Shown in pieces: positions 1 through 11,779 of a stretch of DNA of 64,000 bases. Made by a program: the position numbers and the translations under genes. The notes beneath the pieces are model-generated. The model was not told the DNA's origin. It ran no database searches and worked only from the letters and a program-made list of their open reading frames with translations. Within the stretch, counting starts at the first letter, position 1. Each line of letters begins with the position of its first letter. The stretch comes from Botryllus schlosseri (Eukaryota), in the NCBI GenBank assembly GCA_051294905.1, contig CM119372.1, forward strand, positions 7,132,001 to 7,196,000, written 5' to 3'.

Positions 1-897
1 GCCACTTTGACCGAATGTAGCACTTTTGACCTATCCGGTCTCCATTCAGATGCGACCACGTGGACCTGGTGAAATGACTGTATAATTAATGATTGATTAG
101 GTCAATAATATTGATAATTGCGTGTATATTGCTATAAATTTTGTATCCTCTCAGTCCGACTTCCCATGTGCGGTATGTAATCAAAAGATATTGAACTCGC
201 CTATACACAGACTACTAAACTAAAAGAAGCGCACGATTCAAAATTGGTATTTCTTCACTGTTGAATAATAATTCGGGATGGGATGTCAGTTGCCCTGTGG
301 GGTCCAGATTACCACGACATAATTATTCGGTGCCAGCACTTTAGACACCCATACAAATACATTTATATCGAAGTTTACGGTCAACATAAGGGCAATCCTT
401 TTCGACCCATGTTTTCTCGCTGACGATCTTTTTGGCACTCTTCTATGAGGCCCATGTTGGCCCAAACTTCATATGTCTTCTTACCTCTTGGCGTGGTAAT
501 GGCCAACGCTTAGATTCCCACTCTCATAAATGATGCGTATTTTTTGAGAAGGAAGGGTGCCTAATAATCAAAACATTTATCTACATGAAATCGTGTACAG
601 TGCGAGCAAAATTAAAAAGTTGCAGAAATTGATATATACGTATATATTCTTCATTATGATTGCGTATTGCAGTTCAAGCATGTGCAGTAATGATTACGTC
701 ATTATGATTGCGTATAGTTGATTACTCTAGTTATTACGAGAGCGGCTTTGCTTGGTTTCAGTAACGCTGAGATATGATTACGTCATTATTGCGTAAGTTG
801 ATCGCCTTATTTGTTATTGTAGTTGAACCGAGTGCAAGGCAATATATAACGTGTAATATTTATTACATGATTATTCGCTGTACACTATAGATCGAAT

Positions 898-1179
898 ATG
901 TCCAAGATTACTGCTAGTGATATATACGTCATAATGGATCGGATTGACCCGATGAACTGGTATAGGTTTGCACGTGAAAAACTTGAGCTATCTGACAATG
1001 AAATTGCCGAATGCCAATACATGGATTGCTATACCTTAACTGAGCAACGATATCAAATGATACAGTTATGGATTCGTAAAAATGGTCGTTACGCTACGAT
1101 GAACAAACTTAAAGAATTAGTTTACAGTTGTCTGTATCAGATACCTTCGAATAGCAATTCAACTGTTCTGTTGGGTTGA
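898..1179 (+). CDS. Stand-alone death-domain (DD) protein, 93 aa, intronless
   Basis: ATG-initiated ORF with the DD pattern: I..W.RFAR.KL.LSD.EI..........EQ.YQM..LW..KNG..AT...L.E.V. TATA-like TATATAA at ~843 and AATAAA at ~1421. Confidence 0.75.
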   Translation: MSKITASDIYVIMDRIDPMNWYRFAREKLELSDNEIAECQYMDCYTLTEQRYQMIQLWIRKNGRYATMNKLKELVYSCLYQIPSNSNSTVLLG

Positions 1180-4100
1180 GAGGCATAACGTACTAAGAGG
1201 AAAATAATATTGTGTAGACTGGAGAATAATGAAGATGCTCTCAGAAGACTTCAATATCGGTTTATACGCAATCATATGCTCATGTATGCGAAGCTGGTAT
1301 TGCTTTTACATCGCAAATCAAAAAAAAAGATTCTGATATCAAGAAAGTATGCCAAGATCTGAAAGAAGCTCTACACCTTGTTCTGGACGATTAGTTAATG
1401 TGCTTGCCCGTTATTACTTCAAATAAACTGAACATGTGTATTTAATTGTGTAAAATGTGTTATAAAGGTCAGTCTACGGAAGTGAATAGACAAGTCTGGA
1501 CCTGTCTATATTACAGCATATTAGAGATAGATTGTGCAATAACCTCAAAATACGGAGAGTACTGAACCTTTGAGAAATGACCCAGCTATCCCATACCACG
1601 GACGGTCGGCGAGTTGGCAAAACAAGGTTTATCTCGGTGACCTACACAGAACACAGTGCTTCAGCTGCTCCAGTGTTCTCCGCAATTGGAGGTCTACAGA
1701 CGATGTATCTGAAATACACTTGACGTATCTCCCCGGATTGTTGTTTTCCTTGAGGGCTGTATTACTGGTTAGTATTTTTATGGATGATTGACAACCGCTA
1801 GCTGTCGCTATTGTATCATCTACATATGTGTTATACAAGGGGGCGGGCAACTCCTTCGGTCGGCGGGCCGGAGAAAATTAAGTACTTGGCATGCCGAATT
1901 GCTGAATCGATACATTATTCGCCCATTGATCCCCATATACGAGGGATAAATCGTATTTAATCAATGTATTTTAACGACCGCAATGTCACTGCAAAGCCAT
2001 ATCTCGCCGATAATAACGAAGACAATGTCGGTTTGAGAACAGCCTTGTTATACAGGCACCGTCGTGTCTCCTTCTCTCTAGTCAATGAACACACCGTTCA
2101 ACCCGTAAGATTTACAAATTACTGGATTGCTTTGAAACTACATTTTGGCTCGATAGATTTATGGGGGGCCTACTCTTTATCATTAGGATAGAAAGCGATT
2201 TCACGACATTTCTTTTAAAGCTACTTGAGTACTTCAAAGCTATATTCTGCTTTAGTCGAGTAGCGGACGAATACGATTTCACACGCATTCCAAAGTACAT
2301 CTTGTGAGAATGATGTACCACCACCGCCCCGGCTATTCTCGATACGACATGGGATCATTTGACTGTACTAAGATGGCCCCGAGATGGTCTAATGCGCTCG
2401 ATCTTTTTTCACGGTAGTTTGGATCGCTTTTACTATTCACATGTTTACACAGGCCCCCGTATCCACGTAATAGCCTGCACAATACCATCATAGCGTCATT
2501 TTTCCGATTTGGCCTCGTACCCGACTTTTGTAATCTAGGCCCACATTTTGCGTTACTCGTGGTGCTTTTTTGGAGATGTTGAGCTAACAAGGAGGACAAA
2601 CTGACAGAAAGAGAGTACATTTGGGTGAATTGGGTGACATATCTGGGAAATGGAGGACATATGCTCCCCTAAAGGAGGCCTCATGGTAACCCTATATTAA
2701 AATAGGAGGGTCGATGGTGATATCGAATGGATCGCATTGTGTTGCTGTCAACCCGAAAACGCGGGTTTTATCAAGCCGCAGATTGATGGCTGACATCGAT
2801 TGTGTCACGCTCGATTGAACACAGCTGATTTACGTACATTGTTGACCGGTAAAGTTATTGTCCTCGTTGTGTGATACGGTTTTTACCAATATCCTCCTTG
2901 AGGTGCCAAATCTGGTCGCACTAATAACACCTGTACAGACGAACCAAACAGAATTCCGCCAAAGGGTCGATACCAAGTCTCCTTGTACGTAAATTATTAT
3001 ACAACGACACCTATATTACAGCAGAACAATCTTGTCTGGACGGAGGAGGTCACGAAACATCTCCGGACCCGGGGCAGATTTCATCAGTTTTCAGCGAAGC
3101 CAGTCTGGATGCGGCCAAATGGACCTGAGAGTCGGATTTATGCTATATTTTACCCTCACAACATATGGAAATAACAGGACTTTACGAGCCAGCCGGATTT
3201 TTTGGACTTTGATTTAGCAACCCTATAGTCGCGGTGGATTCCGATTTCGAAATCTCCCCCTCTACTTTACACCTCACCTCAGGCTATAGATCGTATCAGG
3301 TATGATCTGTCACAATTCATTCCCATTATTGCACCACCGAGCGCGTTTCAGCCAAATAAGGTCAGTCCACCCCGATGAAGCGAGCTACCCCGATTCGTTT
3401 CGTGGACAATTGAAATAACATCGTACTCGCAGTTACCGAGCGGAAAATACAAGGTCCGAAGGCGTGACACAGCAATTCTCTGACGGTAACACTCTGCCGA
3501 GTCAATATATCCGTAGTATGATGCTGCAAATATGCTTGGAGGTGTTGGCATAACATGTGTTGAGGATATGTTTCGATCCTCGGCACAGCAGGATGGATCA
3601 CAAAACAAAATGGCGCTATGCAGTCTACGCGGCCGTATGTCATTTTCGACAGCAAGATTGATTATCGTGAATCAGGTCTTGGACAAAGCAACGATAGCAG
3701 CGCGTCGTATAATATCCGAGCTAAGTAGTTATAGTATACTATAAACCTGATCCTCGCACCGCCAACGAGCCGTAACCACAATTCTAATACCGCAACAATC
3801 CATACACAACTATACCGGGAGCTTTCAAAATACCAGTTGACGGGCTTCGAGCGATTGTCGACACGTGATCCGTGCTCTGTGACCCGTAACAATAGCGAGG
3901 GTTTTATTTACATGGGTGTTCTCGAGAACTCGAGTTGACCCGTATATTTATAACCATAACAGATCATCTCCCCTGCTACAATCTCGATCAATAACAAGTA
4001 GAGTACGTTTCCAGTATGACACAGGCCGTAGGCGTCACTCTGCACAGACAAACGTAAGTAACCGATAATCCGCTTGGACGATACATCTGCCCGGACGCGC

Positions 4101-5479
4101 GTTGACAATCCACCTAAAACACGCGCCGGGATCTCACATACGGACCCGAAGGAACAAATACTATACTATTGTTGTTCGTAGGGGGAAATATAACAATACT
4201 ATACTGTTGTTGTTCGGGGGAAATATAAAAAATTACTAGTAAGTGCATACCATTGAAATTAAATGTCAATCCATTGTTATTCGGGGGAAAATATAAAAAA
4301 TAATACACAAGTCTCGTGTCCAGAAGTCAGGCGAGGTAGAATCAGGAGTGGAAAAGTACAAGTAGAAGTACTCCAGTCTCATGTCTGAGTACAAAGGTCA
4401 ATCGAGATTCTTTGTTCGTTTTCTCTCAGTCAATCCCCCTTTTTTTTGATTGCAGCACACAAGGTCATAAAAGTATTGCTGCTAAATTGAGAATGAGCTA
4501 ATTCTTTCATTAATTATCATATTGATAATGTTTGTTTGTTTATTATAAATCGCGAATGAGCGGATTCCGCACATTTATCTTACTACTTGCGAATACCATG
4601 TGTAAGTCCAGCACAATTGTGGTATCCATCCGGGTTTAGTTAACACAATTTACGACACCGAGGTCGCCTCATCTTTCGTAAGACAACAAACCAACCAAGG
4701 TTTCAGGATATGTCCATGTCATAGCAATAAATCAGCTACTCCAACAACAGAGTACATATGTTTTCTAGTTACGGTGCTTACATCTTACACACAAATCAAT
4801 CTACTTTGCTAACAAAAAGTGCTGAGTCATCAAGTGATTGCCCTAGCAACAAAACAGCTAAACGTACTATCATACAAAATGGCCGTTATAGTCACCAACG
4901 GTACATGGTACAAGTAACAAGTCTCGAGAATCCAGTTATTGAAAAAACGTGAAAGTGTTTCTCCTGCGCCAAGTCGTTATGTTGACAAAAGCGTATATTG
5001 TAATATCATGATCGATTTGCATTCGTTGATCACAAAATGTCACTACTCTAAATAATTATTTTTCACTCAAACACAAACGCATACTTGTCACCATTCGTTT
5101 TCATCAAGCACGAGTTTGCGAAACCTACTTACTACGACATGAATTGTTATTTTTATGTTGTGTAAATAGGTAATAATTCATTTTAGTAACACTATATCAA
5201 CATCATCGAGTTGTGTGAATAGATTTACATGTGGTCTTGTGGTTTTAATCGAAGTACACAGCACGGTCTAATGTAGAGTCATCTCTATTGTACAGCAACT
5301 CGATAATCGAAATGCATGTATTAAAATTTAAACAGCGATCTTGTTTCATCACGCGAAAAATATGTTCACTATCGCGATACTCTGCACAGGACGTGTAAAT
5401 CCTTTTCACGCTCGTAATAGTATCCCAACGGCTACCGGCGACAACGTTTAACAACACCAACGACACTAAACATACGATA

Positions 5480-6005
5480 CCTACCCAAGTAAAATTACCA
5501 TTTTCACCTGGAGGTCAGTCGTTACCTGAGTAAAAATACCATTATTCTTTGGAGATTTATCGTTTAATCAGAGTAACAAAACATTTTCACTTGGGGGTCT
5601 ATCGTTTCCAAGAGTAACAAGCCCCCTTTCCTTTGGAAATCTATTTTTCCCTGGGTAACAAACCTTTTTCACTTACAAATATATTTTTCCCCCGGGTAAC
5701 AAACCTTTTTCGCTTGGAAATATATTTTTTCCTTGAGCAACAGACCATTTTTACTTGGAAATATATTTTTTCCCTGAGCAACAAACCATTTTCACTTGGA
5801 AATATATTTTTTCCCTGAGCAACAAACCATTTTCACTCGGCGGGTCGTCGTTTACCTGAGAAAAAATATCATTTTCCTTTGGAGATCTGGCGTTTACCCA
5901 TTGTAACAATACATTTTCACTTGGAAATCTGTCGTTTACCTGAGTACCAATACCGTTTTCACTTGGAAATCTATCTTTTCCCTGGGTAACAATACCATTT
6001 TCGTT
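5480..6005. repeat. Degenerate ~38-39-bp tandem array (about 13-14 units); mirrored at ~8295-8820
   Basis: Recurrent unit ~CCATTTTCACTTGGAAAT(A/C)TATTTTTCCCTG(A/G)GTAACAAA, with no unique spacers. Confidence 0.85.
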
Positions 6006-6029
6006 TTGAAAACTGACCACCACACCGGC

Positions 6030-6940
6030 CAATTTGATATTTTTTGTATATTGTTACAACAGACAGTGACAAAATATACACCAACAACAACTCCGATACA
6101 TTTGTGTAATCGCATACTCACTTGTTCTGCTGCATCCCATCAAAATTGACGGTTAGCCACACACACACACAATAACAATGCGCTATTTCGATATGACTGC
6201 GATGTCCGGGTTCGTGCTTTAGATTTTCCAGAATCAATCCGTCTAAAGTTGTAATCCCCCGACTTTGTTAACTGGTTGATACACGGATAACAATCTTCGG
6301 AAAATGGGGGAATGCATGCTACCCATCGTGCTAACGATTCCAGGTTACTTGTAAATAATTTTCTTGCTCACCCTATACAGATTATACGTACAGGGATATG
6401 TAGCGGTAATCGGTTTGGTCAATACATATCGCCCCATTTAGTATGGAATTACAAACCCAACACAGGTCAGTCCATAACCGGATCCGGATATTCAATGCAA
6501 AGCGATAAAGCAGAACCAATGACCAAATGTAATTAAACATGTAGATTCACAACCCTTGATTTTTTTTTTCGTCAAAAATGACAATACATATCGAATATAT
6601 TTTACGATTGTTCAACCCTACCAAGTATTCACGTAAATGTGGTTTATGACATTACATACAACGTGTCGGTGTACAACTGTTGGGTGTTTATGCACACATC
6701 GGTATGACCTATAGACAACATCATCATACCCTCCAGGACTTCGTTATTGCATCGCGAGTTCAATAAAATCAATTTTGTATATTCAATCGGTGGCATAGAC
6801 GACGGAAGGCTTGGAGATCCAATGTAAAATTCAGACAAACAAACGGGTATATTTGTCCATCTTGGTTATTCACTCAACTACCATTGGTGCTCTCGATACA
6901 GCGAACGGTACAGTATGCAACGCATATCATTAGAGTGATA
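6030..6940 (+). pseudogene. Decayed Polinton minor-capsid (penton)-like gene (mirror copy on - strand ~7360-8270)
   Basis: Multi-frame translation gives FCILL/TTDSDKIYTNNNSDTFV/LLHPIKIDG*/QCAI-DM ... VNVVYDITYNVSVYN ... LLHREFNKINFVYSI ... DKQTGIFVHL. This resembles the FYxxLxSxSxxxYPxNxxxxFxxxLxxPIxLxGxWExAL and YxxxDI...HxEFxxxxY...DxxG pattern of Polinton pentons. Confidence 0.5.
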
Positions 6941-7318
6941 TATCCACAGGTAAATATGGGGCCTGGCCACAATAATTGTATCGAGATTCAACCCAGATTA
7001 CTATCCGTTCACTGATTCACTCACGGTTTCAGCAACTAGTAACAACACAAGATAGACACGACTGGAATTACTAATATTTGTAATGTTTATGATAAGTGTC
7101 GTTACCGATCGTTCACTAAGTCGCTATGAATATTCGAAAAATCGGATATCACTACTCTCAACACCAGTGATTCGGTTTAAGTTTGAAATCGATTTGATAA
7201 TGTAATCCAATGTGTGTTTCTGTGGGATCTGCTAACCTTTACGAGGGAGTGCTGTCTCTTTGACACATGAAACAATTATTATCAACCACACCTTGCGTGC
7301 ATCGATTTGTCGGCGTCG

Positions 7319-9711
7319 TACAATTATTGTGGCCTGGCCCCATATTTACCGGTGGATATATCACTCTAATGATATGCGTTGCATACTGTACCGTTCGCTG
7401 TATCGAGAGCACCAATGGTAGTTGAGTGAATAACCAAGATGGACAAATATACCCGTTTGTTTGTCTGAATTTTACATTGGATCTCCAAGCCTTCCGTCGT
7501 CCATGCCACCGATTGAATATACAAAATTGATTTTATTGAACTCGCGATGCAATAACGAAGTCCTGGAGGGTATGATGATGTTGTCTATAGGTCATACCGA
7601 TGTGTGCATAAACACCCAACAGTTGTACACCGACACGTTGTATGTAATGTCATAAACCACATTTACGTGAATACTTGGTAGGGTTGAACAATCGTAAAAT
7701 ATATTCGATATGTATTGTCATTTTTGACGAAAAAAAAATCAAGGGTTGTGAATCTACATGTTTAATTACATTTGGTCATTGGTTCTGCTTTATCGCTTTG
7801 CATTGAATATCCGGATCCGGTTATGGACTGACCTGTGTTGGGTTTGTAATTCCATACTAAATGGGGCGATATGTATTGACCAAACCGATTACCGCTACAT
7901 ATCCCTGTACGTATAATCTGTATAGGGTGAGCAAGAAAATTATTTACAAGTAACCTGGAATCGTTAGCACGATGAGTAGCATGCATTCCCCCATTTTCCG
8001 AAGATTGTTATCCGTGTATCAACCAGTTAACAAAGTCGGGGGGATTACAACTTTAGACGGATTGATTCTGGAAAATCTAAAGCACGAACCCGGACATCGC
8101 AGTCATATCGAAATAGCGCATTGTTATTGTGTGTGTGTGTGGCTAACCGTCAATTTTGATGGGATGCACCAGAACAAGTGAGTATGCGATTACACAAATG
8201 TATCGGAGTTGTTGTTGGTGTATATTTTGTCACTGTCTGTTGTAACAATATACAAAAAATATCAAATTGGCCGGTGTGGTGGTCAGTTTTCAAAACGAAA
8301 ATGGTATTGTTACCCAGGGAAAAGATAGATTTCCAAGTGAAAACGGTATTGGTACTCAGGTAAACGACAGATTTCCAAGTGAAAATGTATTGTTACAATG
8401 GGTAAACGCCAGATCTCCAAAGGAAAATGATATTTTTTCTCAGGTAAACGACGACCCGCCGAGTGAAAATGGTTTGTTGCTCAGGGAAAAAATATATTTC
8501 CAAGTGAAAATGGTTTGTTGCTCAGGGAAAAAATATATTTCCAAGTAAAAATGGTCTGTTGCTCAAGGAAAAAATATATTTCCAAGCGAAAAAGGTTTGT
8601 TACCCGGGGGAAAAATATATTTGTAAGTGAAAAAGGTTTGTTACCCAGGGAAAAATAGATTTCCAAAGGAAAGGGGGCTTGTTACTCTTGGAAACGATAG
8701 ACCCCCAAGTGAAAATGTTTTGTTACTCTGATTAAACGATAAATCTCCAAAGAATAATGGTATTTTTACTCAGGTAACGACTGACCTCCAGGTGAAAATG
8801 GTAATTTTACTTGGGTAGGTATCGTATGTTTAGTGTCGTTGGTGTTGTTAAACGTTGTCGCCGGTAGCCGTTGGGATACTATTACGAGCGTGAAAAGGAT
8901 TTACACGTCCTGTGCAGAGTATCGCGATAGTGAACATATTTTTCGCGTGATGAAACAAGATCGCTGTTTAAATTTTAATACATGCATTTCGATTATCGAG
9001 TTGCTGTACAATAGAGATGACTCTACATTAGACCGTGCTGTGTACTTCGATTAAAACCACAAGACCACATGTAAATCTATTCACACAACTCGATGATGTT
9101 GATATAGTGTTACTAAAATGAATTATTACCTATTTACACAACATAAAAATAACAATTCATGTCGTAGTAAGTAGGTTTCGCAAACTCGTGCTTGATGAAA
9201 ACGAATGGTGACAAGTATGCGTTTGTGTTTGAGTGAAAAATAATTATTTAGAGTAGTGACATTTTGTGATCAACGAATGCAAATCGATCATGATATTACA
9301 ATATACGCTTTTGTCAACATAACGACTTGGCGCAGGAGAAACACTTTCACGTTTTTTCAATAACTGGATTCTCGAGACTTGTTACTTGTACCATGTACCG
9401 TTGGTGACTATAACGGCCATTTTGTATGATAGTACGTTTAGCTGTTTTGTTGCTAGGGCAATCACTTGATGACTCAGCACTTTTTGTTAGCAAAGTAGAT
9501 TGATTTGTGTGTAAGATGTAAGCACCGTAACTAGAAAACATATGTACTCTGTTGTTGGAGTAGCTGATTTATTGCTATGACATGGACATATCCTGAAACC
9601 TTGGTTGGTTTGTTGTCTTACGAAAGATGAGGCGACCTCGGTGTCGTAAATTGTGTTAACTAAACCCGGATGGATACCACAATTGTGCTGGACTTACACA
9701 TGGTATTCGCA
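7319..9711. repeat. Right arm of the 2.39-kb inverted repeat (338-bp spacer 6981-7318)
   Basis: Reverse complement of 4588-6980, with only a handful of substitutions and two 1-bp homopolymer indels seen by eye. Confidence 0.97.
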
Positions 9712-11300
9712 TACTGTACACATACAAACTTTTGTGTAAACAACTCTGATGTTTCTGTTGGTACTAGTGCTGTGTTGAACTATTTGGTTCTTAAGACACA
9801 TGAACATCCATTCAGACAATAAAGGCCTTGAGGTATCGAAACAGTTTTGAAAGCGTCACCAATCATTGTACAGGTTCGTAGCATGGGAATGTCGAGTATT
9901 TTCGTATACCATGAATATATTTCATCTACTTTTGGTAAGAAATGAGTTGCGTGGGGTAATCATACACAACCTACAAAAGTTAAACTTGTAGCGTTTGATT
10001 GTCTACTTTTTATCAATGCCTTTGTGATGTTAAAAGACGGCTGAGTTTGCATTTACATTAAGCGGAGAAACTCAAGTAATAAATTTTACTCGTTTGAAAA
10101 TATCGATCAATGGAGTAACACTATCAATATGAGTGGTATATTATTTTTCGCGATATGCAACCAATCTTCTAAGCATAACTTGTCAAAAATTTATCATGTC
10201 GTAGAAACGCCGGTTGTTACGAATTCGAAAGAAATGTACTTCGATTATCACGATGATGGAAATTACGATCAACGCAGTATTTCGAAGTGGTATGTTCAAC
10301 AATCACTAAATGTTGGTTAGTTAAACGATACAGTTACAAGTTTACCGAAATCTTGATTTACAAATAACAGCTTGATGATGTAAAGCTCAACCACTCAAAT
10401 GTGATCATTGTAAAGTATTTGACACAAACAAAATATCGAATGGAGACCATTACATTGGTTTCATTTCGAGTGAGTGAAAATTGTTTTCTGGTGGCCAGGT
10501 AGGATGCATTTGACAAACATCGTACACATTGTTTCTTCGTGATGGTAACGACTTTCAGTGGCTTGGTTTCATGTCGGGAATTATTATTTGAGGGTTCAAG
10601 AACAATCAATACTACAAATGAACAACAATGCAAAACACGTTTAGCAAATAACAGTGTAGCAAGTACTTTTTTGATATTACGATTGTTGTGCACCAGACAT
10701 TTCTAACTGAATTGAATGCATCTAGCAAACATATTCCAATTTACTTTTGTAATGATCAAAGTATGTGAAATGGTGTGAACGGATTAGGTATTATGCAAGC
10801 GGCGGTATGTCAATTCACCTAGTGTGATATCTTGACATCGGATAATGTGCGAAAGTGTTTCAATTCTCACTGCTGATTACGATGATAAAGTATTGTACCG
10901 GTTATTGTTTAACAAAGGAAATTGTTGTTTCATCTTTAGTCTTGGTTAGTGGAGACAATTACATTTGTAAAATATTTTCTGATATCCGCGATACGCAGGG
11001 TGATATGTACCAAGGTGGAATAATTTTCCATTCAAGAACATTTCAGACACTCATAGTTTTACAGCTTAATATGTTAATAACATTGGTACTGAAAAGTTTG
11101 TTGCTGTCATAACTTTCAACACAACGCCGGGTCTAATTAACGCGAATAATTTAATAATCAAGTCATGATAGACCATTATAAAATCCCATATGTTAAATCG
11201 ATGTGACAATCCTTATGTTTACATCACGATAATTTTCGATATAACACCAGCGTTCGATTGTAAGAAATGAAGTCGCAACTACGTCGATCAGACTTTCAAA
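8830..11300 (+). pseudogene. Highly decayed protein-primed family-B DNA polymerase (pPolB) remnant
   Basis: Degenerate motifs in the correct order across frameshifts: YK*QLDDVKL (ExoIII YCxxDV, ~10360), RELLFEGSRT (xxGGR, ~10575), KYFFDIT..P (motif A, ~10665), A*YVNNIGTEKF (motif B KxxxNSxYGKF, ~11065), TSVRL (TxxAR, ~11245), TAC GTC GAT-CA GAC (YVD[T]D, motif C with 1-nt loss, 11280). Confidence 0.5.
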
Positions 11301-11779
11301 TCTCGTATACTCAAACATATTATGTTAAGCTCAAGTCGCCTGCAGCGGGTAGTAATTACTTTTGTCTTACAAAATATATCGAGTAATAATTACTTTGTCT
11401 TGTAGAATATACCGCGTAGTAATTCCTCTTTCTTACAGAATAGTAACGACTTTTAAAGTTGAATAAAAAATGAAGTGTAGGGATTGTACTTTGTACTTGT
11501 TAAATCTTACCAGCGATATCAAGTTCTGTGGCAAACTGATTACTAAAATTTCACCGCGTGAGCGATCGGTATGGTTATGACACCCAGTCGTGAAAGATGG
11601 TTATGACCGAGACATTATCTTGTCAGCGATCGCGGGGTTTTGCAAACTATTTCACAGCTATTTGAAGTGTTAATTTGTGACCGTTGTTATTGTTGATATT
11701 CGAATCACCGTCTACGCCGGCTCTGTGGTAAACTAAATACCAAAATATTACCTTGCAAGTGATTCCTAGACTTAGCAAA

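Larger units (their letters stand above)
4588..6980. repeat. Left arm of a 2.39-kb near-perfect inverted repeat
   Basis: Mirror ORFs pair with coordinate sum 14299/14298 (e.g. 4758-4952 vs 9347-9541; 6644-6838 vs 7461-7655). Outer end TGCGAATACCA at 4588, inner end ...CACAATAATTGTA at 6980. Confidence 0.97.

Noticed and set aside
1..4587. Left terminus of Polinton element 1 enclosing the death-domain ORF
   Set aside because: No AGTAGT terminus or matching GTGGTA TSD is found; the fold-back arm ends at 4588 against unrelated MITE fragments, so inclusion cannot be shown.
5480..6005. Regular ~38-bp repeats as a CRISPR array
   Set aside because: Units are contiguous and degenerate with no unique spacers, there are no cas genes, and the context is eukaryotic.
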